Shown piece by piece: positions 61,793-64,000 of a DNA stretch of 64,000 nt. Source of the stretch: an uncultured cyanobacterium. Lineage in GTDB: Bacteria; Cyanobacteriota; Cyanobacteriia; Phormidesmidales; Phormidesmidaceae. Made by a program: the position numbers and the translations under genes. A model generated the notes under the pieces. It was not told the DNA's origin. It made no database searches and was given only the letters and a program-made list of their open reading frames with translations. Within the stretch, counting starts at the first letter, position 1. Each line of letters opens with the position of its first letter. The stretch is taken from the NCBI GenBank assembly GCA_963793265.1, contig CAWBZI010000001.1, forward strand, positions 992,001-1,056,000, read 5' to 3'.

Positions 61793-62833
61793 ATGGGAAA
61801 AAGTGGCGGATTCTTTTTTGCAATAGCAGCCATCGTCATGTCGGTTGTTATTTGGGGCAATCCTATCGCCCCGCTGATAGAGGTCTTTTCTCCGGCTGAG
61901 ATCGTCCCGCTTCCGGCTAGCACGTTAGCCAGCACCGGGCTAAACCTCAATGTTGAAGAAGCTCGGCTCATGGCTCATGTTGAAGCGATCGCCCAGCCCC
62001 GCGCAACGCCTGCTCAAAAAAAAGTCGCTCGTCGTTACATTATCGAGCAGCTTTCGGCCTACGGACTTACACCAAGGCAACAGCAATACGGTTCTGGGCA
62101 AAGCGTTTCTAGCGGCGTTAATATCATTGCCGAGATTCCAGGTAGTAATCCAGCGGCGGGCACGATCGTTTTAGGCGCACACTACGATACCACCGCAGAT
62201 TCGCCGGGTGCAGATGATAACGGGAGTGCGATCGCCGCCCTTCTAGAAACAGCCCGCATTTTCTCCACACAGCAAGCCGCGAGCACCACCCCAAAAGGCT
62301 TGAAGATTGTTTTCTTTGATCAAGAAGAACGCCAGCTCGACGGCAGCGGCTTATTAGGGAGCCTGGCGTTTACAGAAGTTGCAGAGAATATTGCAAACGT
62401 AAAAGGCGCGGTCATTCTCGATATGATCGGCTACGCATGCCGCACACCGGGCTGTCAGAACTACCCACAGAATCTACCGATTCCAAACGTACCGGATACC
62501 GGTGAGTTTTTAGCCGTATTGGGCCTCGAAAACCACACCAATCTCATCGGCGCATTCATGCTTTCGGGCCAAACAACCCTACCTATAGTGCTGAGCCTAC
62601 CCATCCCAAAACTTACGCTCAATCTCTTCCCAGACCTGCTCCGCAGCGATCATGCTCCCTTTTGGGAGAAAGGCATCCCTGCCGTATTTGTTAACGACAC
62701 CGCCAACTTTCGCAACCCCAACTATCACACAGTCACCGACACGCCCAATACATTAGATAGGTCATTTTTCAGAGGCAGTTCGCAGCATGTCGTGAATGCG
62801 ATCGCCGCCCTCTTAAGTCAAACAGATGCCTAA
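61793..62833 (+). CDS. M28 family peptidase
   Basis: GAHYD, PGADDNGS, FDQEE, LDMIG, RSDHAPFW, YHT. Confidence 0.92.
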   Translation: MGKSGGFFFAIAAIVMSVVIWGNPIAPLIEVFSPAEIVPLPASTLASTGLNLNVEEARLMAHVEAIAQPRATPAQKKVARRYIIEQLSAYGLTPRQQQYGSGQSVSSGVNIIAEIPGSNPAAGTIVLGAHYDTTADSPGADDNGSAIAALLETARIFSTQQAASTTPKGLKIVFFDQEERQLDGSGLLGSLAFTEVAENIANVKGAVILDMIGYACRTPGCQNYPQNLPIPNVPDTGEFLAVLGLENHTNLIGAFMLSGQTTLPIVLSLPIPKLTLNLFPDLLRSDHAPFWEKGIPAVFVNDTANFRNPNYHTVTDTPNTLDRSFFRGSSQHVVNAIAALLSQTDA

Positions 62834-62861
62834 ACATTGTTTATAAAATTGGCGATTACTT

Positions 62862-63494
62862 ATGTTCGGCGCAGACCCTAAAAGCAAACACCCCATGGCG
62901 GGATTCCCACAGATTTGCTTCATTCAAAACACCGTGACAAACCCTAATATCATCATCGGAGACTACACCTATTACGACGATTCAGAAGATTCAGAGAACT
63001 TCGAGCGCAACGTTCTCTACCACTTTCCATTCGTAGGTGACAAGCTTATTATTGGGAAGTTTTGCGCGATCGCCCAAGGCACAAAGTTCATTATGAACGG
63101 CGCGAATCATCCGCTGACCGGCTTTTCAACCTATCCGTTTTACATCTTTGGCAACGGTTGGGAAACGGCAACGCCTCAGGCAAACGAGCTGCCTTGCAAA
63201 GGAGATACCGTTATCGGTAACGATGTATGGATTGGGTATGAAGCGATGATCATGCCGGGCGTACAGATTGGAGACGGCGCTATTATTGCTGCCAAATCTG
63301 TTGTAGTTACCGATGTTGACCCTTACAGCATTGTCGGCGGCAATCCAGCAAAACGTATACGGCAGAGATTTGAGGATAGTGTTGTGCGATCGCTCATCGA
63401 AATTGCCTGGTGGAACTGGGACATCGAGAAAATTACGCGCAACCTCAAGCAGATCACCTCAGCCGACATCAAAACGTTGAAAACATGTGATTGA
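62862..63494 (+). CDS. Vat/CatB-type xenobiotic O-acetyltransferase
   Basis: IIGDYTYYDD, LIIGKFCAIA, GANH, STYPF, IGNDVWIG, GGNPAK, WWNW. Confidence 0.9.
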   Translation: MFGADPKSKHPMAGFPQICFIQNTVTNPNIIIGDYTYYDDSEDSENFERNVLYHFPFVGDKLIIGKFCAIAQGTKFIMNGANHPLTGFSTYPFYIFGNGWETATPQANELPCKGDTVIGNDVWIGYEAMIMPGVQIGDGAIIAAKSVVVTDVDPYSIVGGNPAKRIRQRFEDSVVRSLIEIAWWNWDIEKITRNLKQITSADIKTLKTCD

Positions 63495-63529
63495 GCGTTT
63501 AAGGCCCGTATTAGCCCAAAGCTGTTTTG

Positions 63530-64000
63530 CTACGCCTTTGCCATCCGCTCTTTCTCCAAATACTCAAAAACGCTTTTATCACCAATATCCGGTGGAATAG
63601 GCTGAATTGCTTTGCGTACGGCAAACACCGCAAATAAAACAGCCCAAACTGCGAGCATTCCCCGCTCTGTACTTACCGAAAGCACGCCTGCCATATGGCC
63701 TAGCAAAAGTCCTGGCACAATAAATACTAAAAACTTAGTTTCTAGCCGGTTGAAGCAAAAAGCCTCTTTCACAAAAATGCCGGTCAGTGCGGCAAAGGTA
63801 AAGCCGATGCCAAAAATCGTCAGCGGCTGCGCGTAGGCAGTGAGTGCTAAAGGGGTGGAATAGAGTAAGGCGATCGCTAAACTCGCCACACCGCCAATCG
63901 CCCAAAACACCTTAAGGGCCTGATGCAAAGGCCGCAGGTAGATGTGAATCTTGAAAAAGCTCACGCCCAAAGCACACCACATCACGGCATAACAGACAGT
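63530..64000 (-). CDS. DUF2301-like membrane protein (5' end outside the window)
   Basis: IHIYLRPLH..KEAFCFNRLE..PDIGDKSVF. Confidence 0.85.
   Translation of the reverse strand, partial: TVCYAVMWCALGVSFFKIHIYLRPLHQALKVFWAIGGVASLAIALLYSTPLALTAYAQPLTIFGIGFTFAALTGIFVKEAFCFNRLETKFLVFIVPGLLLGHMAGVLSVSTERGMLAVWAVLFAVFAVRKAIQPIPPDIGDKSVFEYLEKERMAKA

Larger units (their letters stand above)
1105..63878. repeat. Dispersed HIP1 octamer GCGATCGC (many copies)
   Basis: Examples at 1105, 2499, 5832, 9103, 20252, 20494, 21032, 23998, 42631, 45153, 53930. Confidence 0.97.

Noticed and set aside
62862..63494. Acquired streptogramin-resistance gene
   Set aside because: Chromosomal context with native HIP1 sites and no mobile element; family membership alone does not show resistance
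1..64000. tRNA or rRNA genes
   Set aside because: No cloverleaf or rRNA-like sequence recognised in the intergenic regions

Overview
Cyanobacterial chromosome segment: it has dense HIP1 octamers (GCGATCGC), psaAB and a PEP-CTERM gene, and the PsaA '[10 protein letters not shown]' loop hints at a Leptolyngbya/Nodosilinea-like lineage (tentative). Housekeeping genes include acnB, 5-oxoprolinase with a divergent LysR, ribokinase, dxr, an alanine-glyoxylate aminotransferase, pstSCAB with a Pho box, psaA-psaB and glpD-gpsA. Accessory content falls in three blocks. (1) A PD-(D/E)XK orphan, higBA and DUF29 at 7.7-9.4 kb. (2) A tightly coupled 10-gene orphan biosynthetic operon at 9.4-18.4 kb: GNAT-like protein, three Rieske oxygenases, two ferritin-like diiron enzymes (one AurF/CylC-like), ferredoxin, sterol-desaturase-family protein, hexapeptide acyltransferase and GH3 ligase, with no PKS, NRPS or carrier protein. 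(3) A toxin-antitoxin/defence patch between pstB and psaB at 41.4-48.4 kb, containing a TIR protein fused to two tandem EVE/PUA-like domains. Across the window, base skew appears by eye to flip from G/T-rich to C/A-rich at HIP1 sites regardless of gene orientation. Six genes, including psaA, are each split by a frameshift that deleting one base repairs; these are most likely sequencing errors. All family calls come from motif recognition without database searches.
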